From Spirochaetaceae bacterium (lineage in GTDB: Bacteria; Spirochaetota; Spirochaetia; DSM-27196; SLAA01): a DNA stretch of 64,000 nt. Under the pieces are notes generated by a model. That model was not told the DNA's origin, did no database searches, and saw only the letters and a list, made by a program, of their open reading frames with translations. The translations under genes and the position numbers were made by a program. How positions within the stretch are numbered: position 1 is the first letter of the stretch; the number at the start of each line of letters is the position of its first letter. Below, piece by piece: positions 49,713-59,175 of this stretch. The stretch is taken from NCBI GenBank assembly GCA_003556605.1, contig PWQX01000284.1:8954-72953 (forward strand). The letters are read 5' to 3'.

Positions 49713-50516
49713 CTAACTGAGCGGCAGCACGGTGATGGCGGGTATTTCAACCCCGTCGCGCTCGAAGCGGGCCTTTATGCCCTCATGCACGCTGTTCTTG
49801 ACGGCGACAAAGTCTTCTTTGGCAAACCAGACCCCTAGAAGAATATCGACCCCGCGCGGCCCGAACCCCTTTATCAGGTAAAGCGGCTCGGGGTCATCGA
49901 GGCAGCGGGGAATGGCGCGCACTACCTCCAGCAGCGCCTGGCGCAGCGCAGACAGGTCGGTATTGTACGATACCGTAAACTCCACGTTCATCCGGCGGAT
50001 CGGGAAGCGCGTAATAGTGGTGACTTCGCTCTTGATGAGAGTTTCATTCGGTATACGAATGAACTGGTTGTCGAGCGTCCGAATCTTGATCGACAACAAA
50101 TCGATACTCAGCACGATGCCGGTGTAGTCGCCGACGCGCACGAGGTCGCCGTGCTCGAAAGATTTTTCGGATATGAGAAACACGCCGCTTATGATATTCG
50201 AGACGCTCGTTTGCGCTGCAAAACCAATCGCTACGCCGGCTATACCGAACGCACCCAGCAGCCCGGTAAGAGTGACCCCCATCTGTGCAAGAACAATCAA
50301 GAGAATCACTACACTACCGAGGTAGGTCACCAGTTTGCGCGTGATCATCATCGACTGGCGCGAGAACCGTCTCTCCACCAACCTGCCGATGATGAATGCG
50401 ATGATCTTAAGAGCTGCAAATAGCGCCACTGCCAACAGCGCCAGTTGCCCGGCCCTAAGCATAACACCGGGCTGCAGCAGCGGGCCAACAAGCTCCCGCA
50501 AGCCAATCTCAGTCAT
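49713..50516 (-). CDS. small-conductance mechanosensitive channel (MscS family)
   Basis: Three TM segments followed by an MscS beta-domain (GDLVRVGDYTGIVLSIDLLSIKIRTLDNQFIRIPNE). Confidence 0.8.
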   Translation of the reverse strand: MTEIGLRELVGPLLQPGVMLRAGQLALLAVALFAALKIIAFIIGRLVERRFSRQSMMITRKLVTYLGSVVILLIVLAQMGVTLTGLLGAFGIAGVAIGFAAQTSVSNIISGVFLISEKSFEHGDLVRVGDYTGIVLSIDLLSIKIRTLDNQFIRIPNETLIKSEVTTITRFPIRRMNVEFTVSYNTDLSALRQALLEVVRAIPRCLDDPEPLYLIKGFGPRGVDILLGVWFAKEDFVAVKNSVHEGIKARFERDGVEIPAITVLPLS

Positions 50517-50536
50517 CGGCGCCCTCTCGTCTTCGC

Positions 50537-51349
50537 CTAGTACTCACCGATTTTCTTCAAGAGCGAAATACTCTTGTGCCAGACACTGTCCTGCGCGCGT
50601 ACCCGCGGGTCAGACACACGCGCCCATGCGGCCCGCATCGCTGCCGTCTCCGGTTGCAACCTTACCTGCAACTCGTTAGCGCGGCCAAAGCTCAGCTCTA
50701 TACCGCTAGTCGTGAGCACATCGGCCGGAATACTGTCCGCGGTCGCATCGGGGTCGGTGCACCGATACAAGGCCATAATATCGCACGGGATCGCCAGCTT
50801 GTCGAGAATTGCGGTCACTTCAGACAGATTGGCTATATGCAGACAACACAGCGCTTCGCCGAGCTGCACGGTAACGGCACTCGGCTCGTATCCGATTCGA
50901 GCCTGCAGCGTGTAACACATCCGACCGGAAAAGGTGTCGCCCAGCCAGGTGTTGGAGAGAGCCGCGACACCGAACTCTCCTAGTTTCTCGGACAACCGCT
51001 CACCGCCGCGTAGCTGCAGCCACAACGGAAGCGAAACATACAACCAAACTTCGGTGTGAGCCGCAATGCTGAGCGGCTCGCTGGGCACTACAACCACCGG
51101 GCGATCCGGCAGCAGGGGAGCCACGACAACTTCCGGGGACAATGACTGCGTGATTAGGCGCTGCCAGGAAATGCCTTCAGGCGGGATAGCCTGTCGGGCT
51201 ATGACCGGATCGTCGACGGCGGGCTGTTCGGCATAGTCCGAGGCCCAGTACCACTGGCGTTCGTCTCGAAACAACCACAAAGCCAGCGAGCCCACCCGCC
51301 AGAGGTACGTGGTCCGATTCTCGATTGGAAAGGTACCCCAGACCTGCAT
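50537..51349 (-). CDS. conserved-looking hypothetical protein (270 aa, Trp-rich N-terminus)
   Basis: Long ORF 20 nt upstream of mscS on the minus strand. I recognise no motif with confidence. Confidence 0.5.
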   Translation of the reverse strand: MQVWGTFPIENRTTYLWRVGSLALWLFRDERQWYWASDYAEQPAVDDPVIARQAIPPEGISWQRLITQSLSPEVVVAPLLPDRPVVVVPSEPLSIAAHTEVWLYVSLPLWLQLRGGERLSEKLGEFGVAALSNTWLGDTFSGRMCYTLQARIGYEPSAVTVQLGEALCCLHIANLSEVTAILDKLAIPCDIMALYRCTDPDATADSIPADVLTTSGIELSFGRANELQVRLQPETAAMRAAWARVSDPRVRAQDSVWHKSISLLKKIGEY

Positions 51350-51360
51350 GACGCCTGCGG

Positions 51361-51582
51361 TTACTCGGAACCACTCTGCTCTTGCTGTTTCTCTTTTTTC
51401 AGCTTTCGCTTCTGCCGGTTAGCAAGCGTAGCTTTGCCGACCTTTGAAATGCGGATCTTCTGTCCGTCAACCTCTTGTTCGTACATCAGCTTCACGCCGC
51501 TGCGCTTCGTGATCGGGCAGGTCCCGCGGGCAGCGCCGGGGTACTCCGAGCGCGCGGGCTTACCGCGATGTGCTTTTCCCAT
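51361..51582 (-). CDS. small basic hypothetical protein (73 aa)
   Basis: The ATG at 51582 is preceded by AAGGAG. It has a Lys/Arg-rich tail (RQKRKLKKEKQQ). The longer ORF to 51744 runs through a terminator. Confidence 0.5.
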   Translation of the reverse strand: MGKAHRGKPARSEYPGAARGTCPITKRSGVKLMYEQEVDGQKIRISKVGKATLANRQKRKLKKEKQQEQSGSE

Positions 51583-51627
51583 AACACAGACTCCTTGTGG
51601 CTCTACTTCAGGGTGAGTTTCAGCCGC

Positions 51628-51657
51628 ACTATAATACGCAGCAATCGGCGTGGTCAA
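51628..51657 (-). promoter_or_regulatory. candidate promoter (TTGACC, then TATTATAGT -10 region)
   Basis: The -35 is at 51657-51652 on the minus strand. Overlapping -10 hexamers lie at 51636-51628. It sits downstream of the terminator and upstream of the 73-aa gene. Confidence 0.4.
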
Positions 51658-51714
51658 CACACTGCCGCGCGCATCGAACGTAAGTCCCGGCCGAAGGTCG
51701 AGACCGGCTCTGAC

Positions 51715-51752
51715 GAAAACGGCGACGCGCCGGGCGTCCGGCACGTCGCCGT
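51715..51752 (-). terminator. Rho-independent terminator after the OmpA-like gene
   Basis: Minus strand ACGGCGACGTGCCGG-ACGC-CCGGCGCGTCGCCGT forms a roughly 15-bp stem with a tetraloop. It is followed by TTTTC and lies 29 nt after the stop at 51781. Confidence 0.7.
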
Positions 51753-51780
51753 ATTATGAGCTACCGTTGATCAGGCAATG

Positions 51781-54729
51781 CTACTCTACGTCGAGAATAA
51801 ACTCAACACGGCGATTCTTCCAGACTTCCTCACGATTGCTGTGCGGCACAACCGGCCGCAAGCCGCCCAACCCGATCGTCGACATCTGGGTTCGCTCAAA
51901 TCCGAGTATCACAAGGGCGCGCCACACCTCCTGCGCACGCCGCTGCGACAACGGAATCAAGGTGCGGATGTGCTCCGGTTCATGCCGCGGATCGTCTTCC
52001 TCGTAGAACACGTGGGCCGCATGACCCTCAATCACGATACTGCGGGTATTGAACCGCCGCAACACCTCTGCAAGGCGCCGCAACACACGGAAGTTCTCTT
52101 CAATGGTGCCCCAATCTAGACCGAACAAGTTAGCGGTATTCGGCGGGAACTGTATACTCGTAATTGAGATGCGCCACAGATCGCCGTCGCGCACTACGAG
52201 AATATCGATCGGAATCTCGGTCTCGGTTTCACTCATCAAGCCCTGATCATCCCACACGCGAAACACTGCGGTGTAATTGAGCGCAGCCTGCACCAACTCG
52301 TCGTCTTCGCTACGTCCATCCCACACTATCTGAGGATCCGGCTCGCCGTCATCGCTGAACGTGATGAAACTCCTCCCGCCGTGGGGCTCGAGAATTTCCA
52401 CCTCCCAGCGATCAAACTCGTTATCAGTCTCAGCTTCCAGCGTGAGCGTCAGCTCGTGCTGCTGATAGTCATCAGGCGCGAACGGAATCGGTGATACCGA
52501 GATTGCGATTTCCGGCGGTACATCACTGATGAGGGTATCAATGGGGATATTGATCTGCGTTTCGCCCTGCATTCCCCTATCGTCCCAGACACGCAAGACA
52601 GCGCTGTATACGAGCTCACTCTCTACCAACACACGATCTTCATCGCGTCCGTCCCATATGATCTCCGGATCCGGCTCCCCGGGTCCACTGAACTTTTTGA
52701 AGCCCATTCCGTCGGGGTCCAAGATCTCCAGCTCCCAACGGTCGAACTCGTGCACAGTCACCGCTTCAGGCCTCAAGCTAAGCTCATGACGTCGTCTGGC
52801 ATCGGGCGCAAAAGGCAGCGGAGAAGCCGAGAGCGCGACACTCGGTGGCGTTGTATCCACCACAATCGGCCCAACACCGGTCGCTTCGGGCTCATTTCCG
52901 TTGTAATAGACTACGCGGAGGTCGACATAGTAGTTGCCGTCCTCAACGAGGTTGCCCGCATCGTCCTCGCCAAACCAGGCCCACGAATCTAAAGGCGGCT
53001 CCGATCGCACAGTGCGAACCGCCTCACCGTCTTCGTCGCGGATCGTGATGAATATTTCACGAATGCCTTCATCGGGGTCATAGCTTAGCCGCATTGGAAC
53101 GCTTTCTTCGCGGGCTTCGGTGACCGCTAGCGTGACTTCAGCCTCCGTTCCGCCGGTCTCGCCGAGCTCTACCTTAACCTCCGCCGGGCGGGTGTCTTTC
53201 CTCACGGATACTTCCTGCGAACGGCCGATGTTGCCGGCCCGATCCACCCCCTCCACATACGCCGAGTACATCCCATCGGGGGCCTCAGTGCCGTCAATGT
53301 CGATTCCGTCCCAGACCACTTCTAACGGGAACGTGCGGATACCGAAGTCCTCGGCCCGAGCGCGGAGCCGCTCCTCGCCCTCATAATAGACAACGCCCGT
53401 CCATGCTGCGTCTTCGTCGGCGTCAATAGTCAGCGCCAGCTCCGGCTTGCGCTCACCTCCGAACCACACAGGGTCACCGGGCTCCGTTGGTTGCGGTTTG
53501 GTGTCCACACCGATAGCGGCTGCCGGCGGCACCGTGTCAATCTCAAACTCGAGTGCGCCGGGGGCCGCTACATATCCACTGACAAACTCTATGGTTAATC
53601 GAGCCACATACATACCATCGGGCAGCAACGTGCCGGCGTCGCTCAGACCGTCGAAAACAATCTCCTCCGCCGGTTCGTCTTCGCCCTCGATCGTGCGCAC
53701 CACAAGGTGGGGAGCTGCGGCAGCGGCGATCTCGCCTTTCCAATAGACCACCTCGTCATACCCGCCGATTCTAATATAAAAGCTCAACGTGTCCTGTATA
53801 CCGGTGTCCACCGGGGAGAACGCCGGAACCTGCTCGCCGAGGTGGAACTCAACCTCGGGGGCGGTACGACTGAGCGCTATGCTTTCTACAAGCTCTTCGG
53901 TTACCGCGTTACCGGCGCGATCGCGCCCGGTCAGACTATAGCGATACTCACCCTCAGGCGCAGGTTCACCGATACGACCGCCAACATTGTAGGTGCCGTC
54001 CCAACGAACCTCCTGCGGCGGCGGAGCGTCTTTGGCGCGGTCGCGTGGATCCGGGTTCTTCCAGACATCCCGCCAGACCGGGGCGCCGTCGGCATCCGTG
54101 ATCAAGCCTTCCCATTCAAGCTCGGACGACCCTTCTTGATGAACGATCAACTCCGGACGGCCACTGCCCTCAATCGGGGCGAACATGTAATGCGCAGCCT
54201 CTAAGCGGATAATCTCCGGCAGGGTGTTGTCAACCGTTACGTTGAACGGCGGTGTGTTCGCGACGTTTCCGTCGTAATCGATAACGGTCACCTGGTAGGC
54301 ATAATCTCCGTCTTCAACAACCTCACCGTCGGGCCCCAGCTCCGAATCACGATAGGTACCGTCCCACACCAGTGTGTCGGGCAGCTGAACGCTCGGTTTT
54401 TCGGCGCGGAACAGTGTTCCGAAAAAACCGCGGCGCTCCTCCTGGATATCGCGGATCTCCCAGACTTTGTCGCCCTCTTGATCGAAAATCGTCAAGCGGT
54501 ACTCGACGATAACCTGGTCCGTGCCCGGCACAACCACCTCAGAGAACGGCAACACAAGCTCCTGCGTTGCCGTCTCCTGCCCCAACGGCGAGATATACTG
54601 TCGAGGCTGTCTTGGCATACGAATCTCGGTTGGTTCCTCTTCGGCAACCCCGGCCGCGAACGCCGGGGTAACCGAAAGCGCAACCAACAGGACTGCAGCA
54701 ATTGCGGCTGTTTTCTTGTTTCTTACCAT
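51781..54729 (-). CDS. large exported OmpA-domain protein with multiple Ig-like (FlgD-Ig-type) repeats
   Basis: Signal peptide, recurrent WDG[TR] repeat motifs, and a C-terminal OmpA_C-like domain (IVIEGH...NRRVEF). Confidence 0.75.
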   Translation of the reverse strand: MVRNKKTAAIAAVLLVALSVTPAFAAGVAEEEPTEIRMPRQPRQYISPLGQETATQELVLPFSEVVVPGTDQVIVEYRLTIFDQEGDKVWEIRDIQEERRGFFGTLFRAEKPSVQLPDTLVWDGTYRDSELGPDGEVVEDGDYAYQVTVIDYDGNVANTPPFNVTVDNTLPEIIRLEAAHYMFAPIEGSGRPELIVHQEGSSELEWEGLITDADGAPVWRDVWKNPDPRDRAKDAPPPQEVRWDGTYNVGGRIGEPAPEGEYRYSLTGRDRAGNAVTEELVESIALSRTAPEVEFHLGEQVPAFSPVDTGIQDTLSFYIRIGGYDEVVYWKGEIAAAAAPHLVVRTIEGEDEPAEEIVFDGLSDAGTLLPDGMYVARLTIEFVSGYVAAPGALEFEIDTVPPAAAIGVDTKPQPTEPGDPVWFGGERKPELALTIDADEDAAWTGVVYYEGEERLRARAEDFGIRTFPLEVVWDGIDIDGTEAPDGMYSAYVEGVDRAGNIGRSQEVSVRKDTRPAEVKVELGETGGTEAEVTLAVTEAREESVPMRLSYDPDEGIREIFITIRDEDGEAVRTVRSEPPLDSWAWFGEDDAGNLVEDGNYYVDLRVVYYNGNEPEATGVGPIVVDTTPPSVALSASPLPFAPDARRRHELSLRPEAVTVHEFDRWELEILDPDGMGFKKFSGPGEPDPEIIWDGRDEDRVLVESELVYSAVLRVWDDRGMQGETQINIPIDTLISDVPPEIAISVSPIPFAPDDYQQHELTLTLEAETDNEFDRWEVEILEPHGGRSFITFSDDGEPDPQIVWDGRSEDDELVQAALNYTAVFRVWDDQGLMSETETEIPIDILVVRDGDLWRISITSIQFPPNTANLFGLDWGTIEENFRVLRRLAEVLRRFNTRSIVIEGHAAHVFYEEDDPRHEPEHIRTLIPLSQRRAQEVWRALVILGFERTQMSTIGLGGLRPVVPHSNREEVWKNRRVEFILDVE
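52195..52833 (-). repeat. two tandem ~103-aa repeat units inside the OmpA-like CDS
   Basis: The units at 52528-52833 and 52195-52503 share SP[LI]PFAPD...HEL[ST]L...EFDRWE[LV]EIL[DE]P...GEPDP[EQ]I[IV]WDGR...RVWDD and are separated by 8 codons. Confidence 0.85.
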
Positions 54730-54882
54730 GCTTAAATCCCTCTCTTTCGGGCCTGTTCGCTACGCCGGCGCCACTTTATCAGCAGAACCGCAAGCAGCAC
54801 GATCAAAGCGCAGGCGTCACAACTACGTTCAACTCACTGTAACCTTAATGACAGAAAAGCTCATTGGATACTCCAATATACC

Positions 54883-55698
54883 ATGACCAGCAAGACGAGC
54901 CAATCGCGAATCCCGCGGAATACGGCTGAAACCCTACAAAAGTCGTTACGACACGCATTGAGCCGCTCACCGAGAGAAGCAGCAGGAAAACCCGGACAGT
55001 ATAGTAGTAGTGTGAAGGATCTGAGCGTAACTGATGCGTTGAACCGGCTGAAGGCGCTGCCGGTTGCCGAGCGCCCGCGTGAGCGACTACTGCGCGAAGG
55101 CGCCGAACGAATGAGCGATCAAGAGCTGCTGGCGCTTGTACTCGGGTCGGGCACGCGTACGTGCAGCCTCGGCGAGCTCACACGGGCCGTGCTGGATCTG
55201 TTTGACCGCCGCGGCGATATGCCGCGGGTTGAGGATCTCTTGGTTCTCAAAGGGCTTGGGTCTGCCAAGGCCGCAACACTGTCCGCCGCCTGCGAGTTTG
55301 CGCGCCGCGTGTACGTGCCGCGCGGGCGCCGCATACGAGTCCCCGCCGACGTGCTGCCGGTGGTCCAGCATTACGCCGATCGCAAACAAGAGTTGTTCAT
55401 CGCAGTATCACTGAACGGGGCACACGAGGTCATCGCCTCACGCGTGATTTCCATTGGACTCGTAAACCGCACGCTGGTGCATCCCCGGGAGGTATACGCC
55501 GACGCGGTGGTAGACCGCGCGGCAGCGCTGGTGGCGGCGCACAATCACCCGTCCGGACGCGTGGAGCCCAGCAGCGAAGATCGCGAGGTTACCCGTAAGC
55601 TGGCCCAGGCCGGCGAAACCCTCGGGATTCGCCTCCTCGACCACATCGTGTTCACGACCGACGCCTACTACAGCTTCCTCGAGAACGCTGAGCTGTAG
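54883..55698 (+). CDS. radC: RadC-family JAB/MPN domain protein
   Basis: ERPRERLL, ELLALVLGSG and HNHPSG motifs. The start is uncertain: an alternative GTG at 55012 gives the usual length. Confidence 0.75.
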   Translation: MTSKTSQSRIPRNTAETLQKSLRHALSRSPREAAGKPGQYSSSVKDLSVTDALNRLKALPVAERPRERLLREGAERMSDQELLALVLGSGTRTCSLGELTRAVLDLFDRRGDMPRVEDLLVLKGLGSAKAATLSAACEFARRVYVPRGRRIRVPADVLPVVQHYADRKQELFIAVSLNGAHEVIASRVISIGLVNRTLVHPREVYADAVVDRAAALVAAHNHPSGRVEPSSEDREVTRKLAQAGETLGIRLLDHIVFTTDAYYSFLENAEL

Positions 55699-55808
55699 CG
55701 CTGCGGCTGATGGGCATCGCGGACTGAGCACTGAACGAGCTGCGCACTGAACACTGCCACTGTCTCCGACGCCTTCGGCCCTTGAAATGGAACCATAGGT
55801 TCTCCGCA

Positions 55809-58800
55809 CTACAACGGTAAGTCCGTTCGCAGCCGGTCGAGCGCCGGGTCCTGCTCGGCGGCTGCGGTGAGAGCCGAACCACCGGCGATAACAACCATTC
55901 GCACCTCTGCCCAGCGCTGCGCCAAGCGACCGGCAGCCGCTGAGATCTCAAGCGGGCTCAGTCGAAGCATGTGTTCGCGCCGCTGCCGGCGCAGCTCGTC
56001 CGGAACCCCGTACAGTATGCGCCGGAGGTTCACTAAGCCTTTCTGCGCCGGAGTCAGCGGGCGCAGCTCACCACTGACGCTTCCGATGATCGCCAGCTCA
56101 ACCGCACGCTCGTTGGGCTCGCGCGCGGCCTGTTCACGCAAGCCGGCTGCATACGCGTGCAGCGTCGCAACGATATTCGGATCACGATACGAGGCGAACG
56201 AGAACACGCCCTCCAGAGCGCGCGGGATCGCCGAAACCCCGTAGGCCCCGCCTTGCATGCGGACACGTTCCCAGAGAAACCCGGTCGAAAGATAATGTGC
56301 AAGCACCTGCTCTGCCGGATACTCAGGTGTACCCAGCACGGAACCGGGAAGCGAGCCCGCAACGTACGCCACCCCGGACGGAACGCTGAACAGCTCCGCA
56401 CCGTCACCGGTGCTCGAAACCCCTGACGTGCCGGCGGCCCCGTGCGCTGCACGTGCGCGTACCCCAGCGCCTTCGGCCGCACCGCCGCGTCTTGCTCCGG
56501 CCGGCGGCTTAGGCTCAGATGGTAACTTGGCGACAAAGGCCTCCAGGAGCCGCTCGGCGGTGGCGCTGTACTCGGCAGAGCACGTTATCGAACATGCCGC
56601 TCCGGCGCGAGCAATCGCCGCTGAGCGGATATCGTTGAGCTCTGCAGACAGGCGCTGCGCATCGAGTTCGATCCGGAGCCCGGCGAGGTACTGTAACTGA
56701 GTGATGCCGCGCCAGCACTCGGAGAGGGCAATAGCCGGAGAAAGCGGAGAGGCGCTGCGTAACGCTGCAAACTGATGACCGGCGGGCAAGACCGACGACT
56801 GCATATCGTTGCGGGCCTCCAACGCGAGCTCACGCACGCGTTTGATGTTGCCCAGCTCCGCTTCGGTCAACAAGCGCCCCGCAAGCTCGAGCGCCTCCGC
56901 AAACTGCGTTTCCAGCGCCTTTAGTCGAAACATCAAAAATGCCGCCGCCGGTCGGTCGCGCGGGTCGCCGGCAGCATGTCCCGCCAATTGTTCCGAACCG
57001 GTGTAGTCGATACCGGCTCCAACCGGCGCGGCAGCAACGCCGCCCGGTAGCTCGGCCGCTTCGGGCACCAGCACCGCGCTCACGTCGATATCCGCCGAAA
57101 ACCCACCGGTCTTGAGCGCAAGCTCGCGTGCGACGAGGTCGTAACTCATACCGGGAAGCCCGCACTCGGTTACCGCGTCACTGAACAACGGCAGCGCAAG
57201 CTGTAGGTGCTCAGGCAAGTCGTCGATCCGGAACGCGAAATCGAGATACACGATTCCATTGGTGAACTCTTCCACAAGGTACAATGGCACGCCGCCGCCG
57301 ATTTCCCGCCGCCGACAGGAAATCCGCTCTATCTCCCGGGGAATATCTTCCTTCGTGAGAAACGGCAACTCAGCCAACTGTTCGGCGTCATCGGGCTGCT
57401 CCTGTAGCCGCCGAAGCGCCTCCTGCTCGCGCTCTATTCGCTCGCGCTCGTCTGAGGTGAGCTCGGCAAAGCGCCCGGCGAGCTCCGCTTGTTCGCGTTC
57501 AACGCGTTGCTCGTTCAGCCCCGGCTCGGGCCGTATGGTAACGGTACTGCGGTGTGCGTTCCGCAGCAGATACTCCCCGATCAGATTCTCGAACAGCCGC
57601 GGTTCTTCTGCAAGCCGCGCGCGCAGCCGCTCGAGCCGGGGCGTAAACTCTAAGGTCCTCACCGGCTCACAACCGTGCAACCAGCCGCGAAGACCGCGGC
57701 GCATCAACCGCAAAGCGAACGACGCTCCGGTTCTGATCTCACGATTACGAAACTCGACCCGCCGCAGTGCACCTTCGACCAGCTCGGCGTCCAACCCCTC
57801 GTCCACCAGGCGCCGGAGCTCGCCGAGAATCAGCTCCTCGATCGCTTCGCACTTATCGGGGTCGGTACCCCGCATCCCCACTGAGAACACGAGCTCACGC
57901 AGCTCAGTCTCCAATCCGCTCGGCGCCGAGAGGTCCTCACCAAGCGGCGACTCTACGATTGCTTTCTGCAGCGGAGCCCCCGAGTGACCGAGCAGGATGT
58001 CGGTCAGGATCTCGAACGCCAGCATTAGATCCGGGTCGGTTACCGGAGAGAGCAGCCAGTTCAGAGTTACCGAGGATTTGCCCTTTGCGTCCTCGCTCCG
58101 TTCAACCGGGAAAACGTCCTGCATACGGCGCGGCTGTCTCCAACGCGGCTGCGGCGGTAAGTTAATCTTGGGTTCCGATGCGCAGAACTCACCGAGGAAC
58201 TCCTTCTGCAGCGCCTCGAGGTACTGCTCGGTCGGAATATTGCCGTAGAGGAAGATCCGCGTGTTCGACGGGTGATAGTAGCCCCGGTGGAACTCAACGA
58301 ACTCATCGAAGCTCAGCGACGGGATGACCTCGGGATCACCGCCGGAGTCCACCGCGTACGGAGTATCCGGCATCAGCGAGCGATACGACCACTCCCCGGC
58401 AATTGAATCGTGAGAGGCGTAGTTCCCTTTCATCTCGTTGTACACCACGCCGCTGCGGGTGAGGTTCCCCTCATCATCGAACTCCAAACGATGGCCTTCT
58501 TGCTGAAACATCTCGGGTTTCAGCAATGGCCGGAACACCGCGTCGCCGTAGACCTGCATGATATTGAACAGATCTTTCGCGACGGTGCTCGCCGCCGGGT
58601 ACACGGTCTTGTCGGGAAAGGTAAACGCGTTCATGAATGTGCTCATGCTGCCTTGGAGCAACAGCAGGAACGGATCCTTGAGAGGGTACCGGCGCGAGCC
58701 GCACAGCACGGTATGCTCGAGAATATGGGCTACACCGTTTGAGCTCTGCGGAACGGTCTTGAACGCAAAGGCAAACAGATTCTCGGGGTCGTCATTATAA

Positions 58801-58931
58801 ACGTGATACACATCACACCCGGTTGCCGCGTGCCGCGCACGTATACCCCGGGAGCGATACTCAGTGAGATCATCTACTCCGGTTATCTCAAAGCCCTGGT
58901 GGTGTTCACCTTGTTGCAGCATCCTTTTCAC
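55809..58931 (-). CDS. M16-family zinc metallopeptidase (PreP/pitrilysin-like, M16C)
   Basis: HxxEH motif (HILEH) and a 1040-aa four-domain length. Confidence 0.8.
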   Translation of the reverse strand: MKRMLQQGEHHQGFEITGVDDLTEYRSRGIRARHAATGCDVYHVYNDDPENLFAFAFKTVPQSSNGVAHILEHTVLCGSRRYPLKDPFLLLLQGSMSTFMNAFTFPDKTVYPAASTVAKDLFNIMQVYGDAVFRPLLKPEMFQQEGHRLEFDDEGNLTRSGVVYNEMKGNYASHDSIAGEWSYRSLMPDTPYAVDSGGDPEVIPSLSFDEFVEFHRGYYHPSNTRIFLYGNIPTEQYLEALQKEFLGEFCASEPKINLPPQPRWRQPRRMQDVFPVERSEDAKGKSSVTLNWLLSPVTDPDLMLAFEILTDILLGHSGAPLQKAIVESPLGEDLSAPSGLETELRELVFSVGMRGTDPDKCEAIEELILGELRRLVDEGLDAELVEGALRRVEFRNREIRTGASFALRLMRRGLRGWLHGCEPVRTLEFTPRLERLRARLAEEPRLFENLIGEYLLRNAHRSTVTIRPEPGLNEQRVEREQAELAGRFAELTSDERERIEREQEALRRLQEQPDDAEQLAELPFLTKEDIPREIERISCRRREIGGGVPLYLVEEFTNGIVYLDFAFRIDDLPEHLQLALPLFSDAVTECGLPGMSYDLVARELALKTGGFSADIDVSAVLVPEAAELPGGVAAAPVGAGIDYTGSEQLAGHAAGDPRDRPAAAFLMFRLKALETQFAEALELAGRLLTEAELGNIKRVRELALEARNDMQSSVLPAGHQFAALRSASPLSPAIALSECWRGITQLQYLAGLRIELDAQRLSAELNDIRSAAIARAGAACSITCSAEYSATAERLLEAFVAKLPSEPKPPAGARRGGAAEGAGVRARAAHGAAGTSGVSSTGDGAELFSVPSGVAYVAGSLPGSVLGTPEYPAEQVLAHYLSTGFLWERVRMQGGAYGVSAIPRALEGVFSFASYRDPNIVATLHAYAAGLREQAAREPNERAVELAIIGSVSGELRPLTPAQKGLVNLRRILYGVPDELRRQRREHMLRLSPLEISAAAGRLAQRWAEVRMVVIAGGSALTAAAEQDPALDRLRTDLPL

Positions 58932-58994
58932 ATCCTTTCTTTCGCTCGTTCCCGTACATTACCCGGCGGTCATCCCCGGGGACAATCGTTAAAG

Positions 58995-59153
58995 ACTGGT
59001 CCGAAGCTTGTGGTGAGTACGCGGCTAAGCACGTGGTGTTCCGGGAGTTAGCCGGCACACCTTCAGCTCGCGGAGCTTGCAGTCATACCGAAGCGCTAAA
59101 ACCCGCACCGGCGGCTAACTGCCCGGCACCCGCAGCACAAGCTTCGGACCAGT
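58995..59153. repeat. intergenic hairpin element, copy B, bounded by perfect 18-bp terminal inverted repeats
   Basis: ACTGGTCCGAAGCTTGTG at 58995-59012 is the exact reverse complement of 59136-59153. Internal arms also pair. There is no ORF. Confidence 0.85.
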
Positions 59154-59175
59154 GGTCAATCGCCAGGCGCTGAGA

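Noticed and set aside
51781-54729. Diversity-generating retroelement target (variable repeat) in the repeat-rich OmpA-like gene
   Set aside because: The window has no reverse transcriptase and no template repeat. The differences between the two units are not adenine-specific.
55720-55755. 9-nt direct repeat GCACTGAAC x2 downstream of radC
   Set aside because: The repeat is too short to be significant and I see no accompanying structure or motif.
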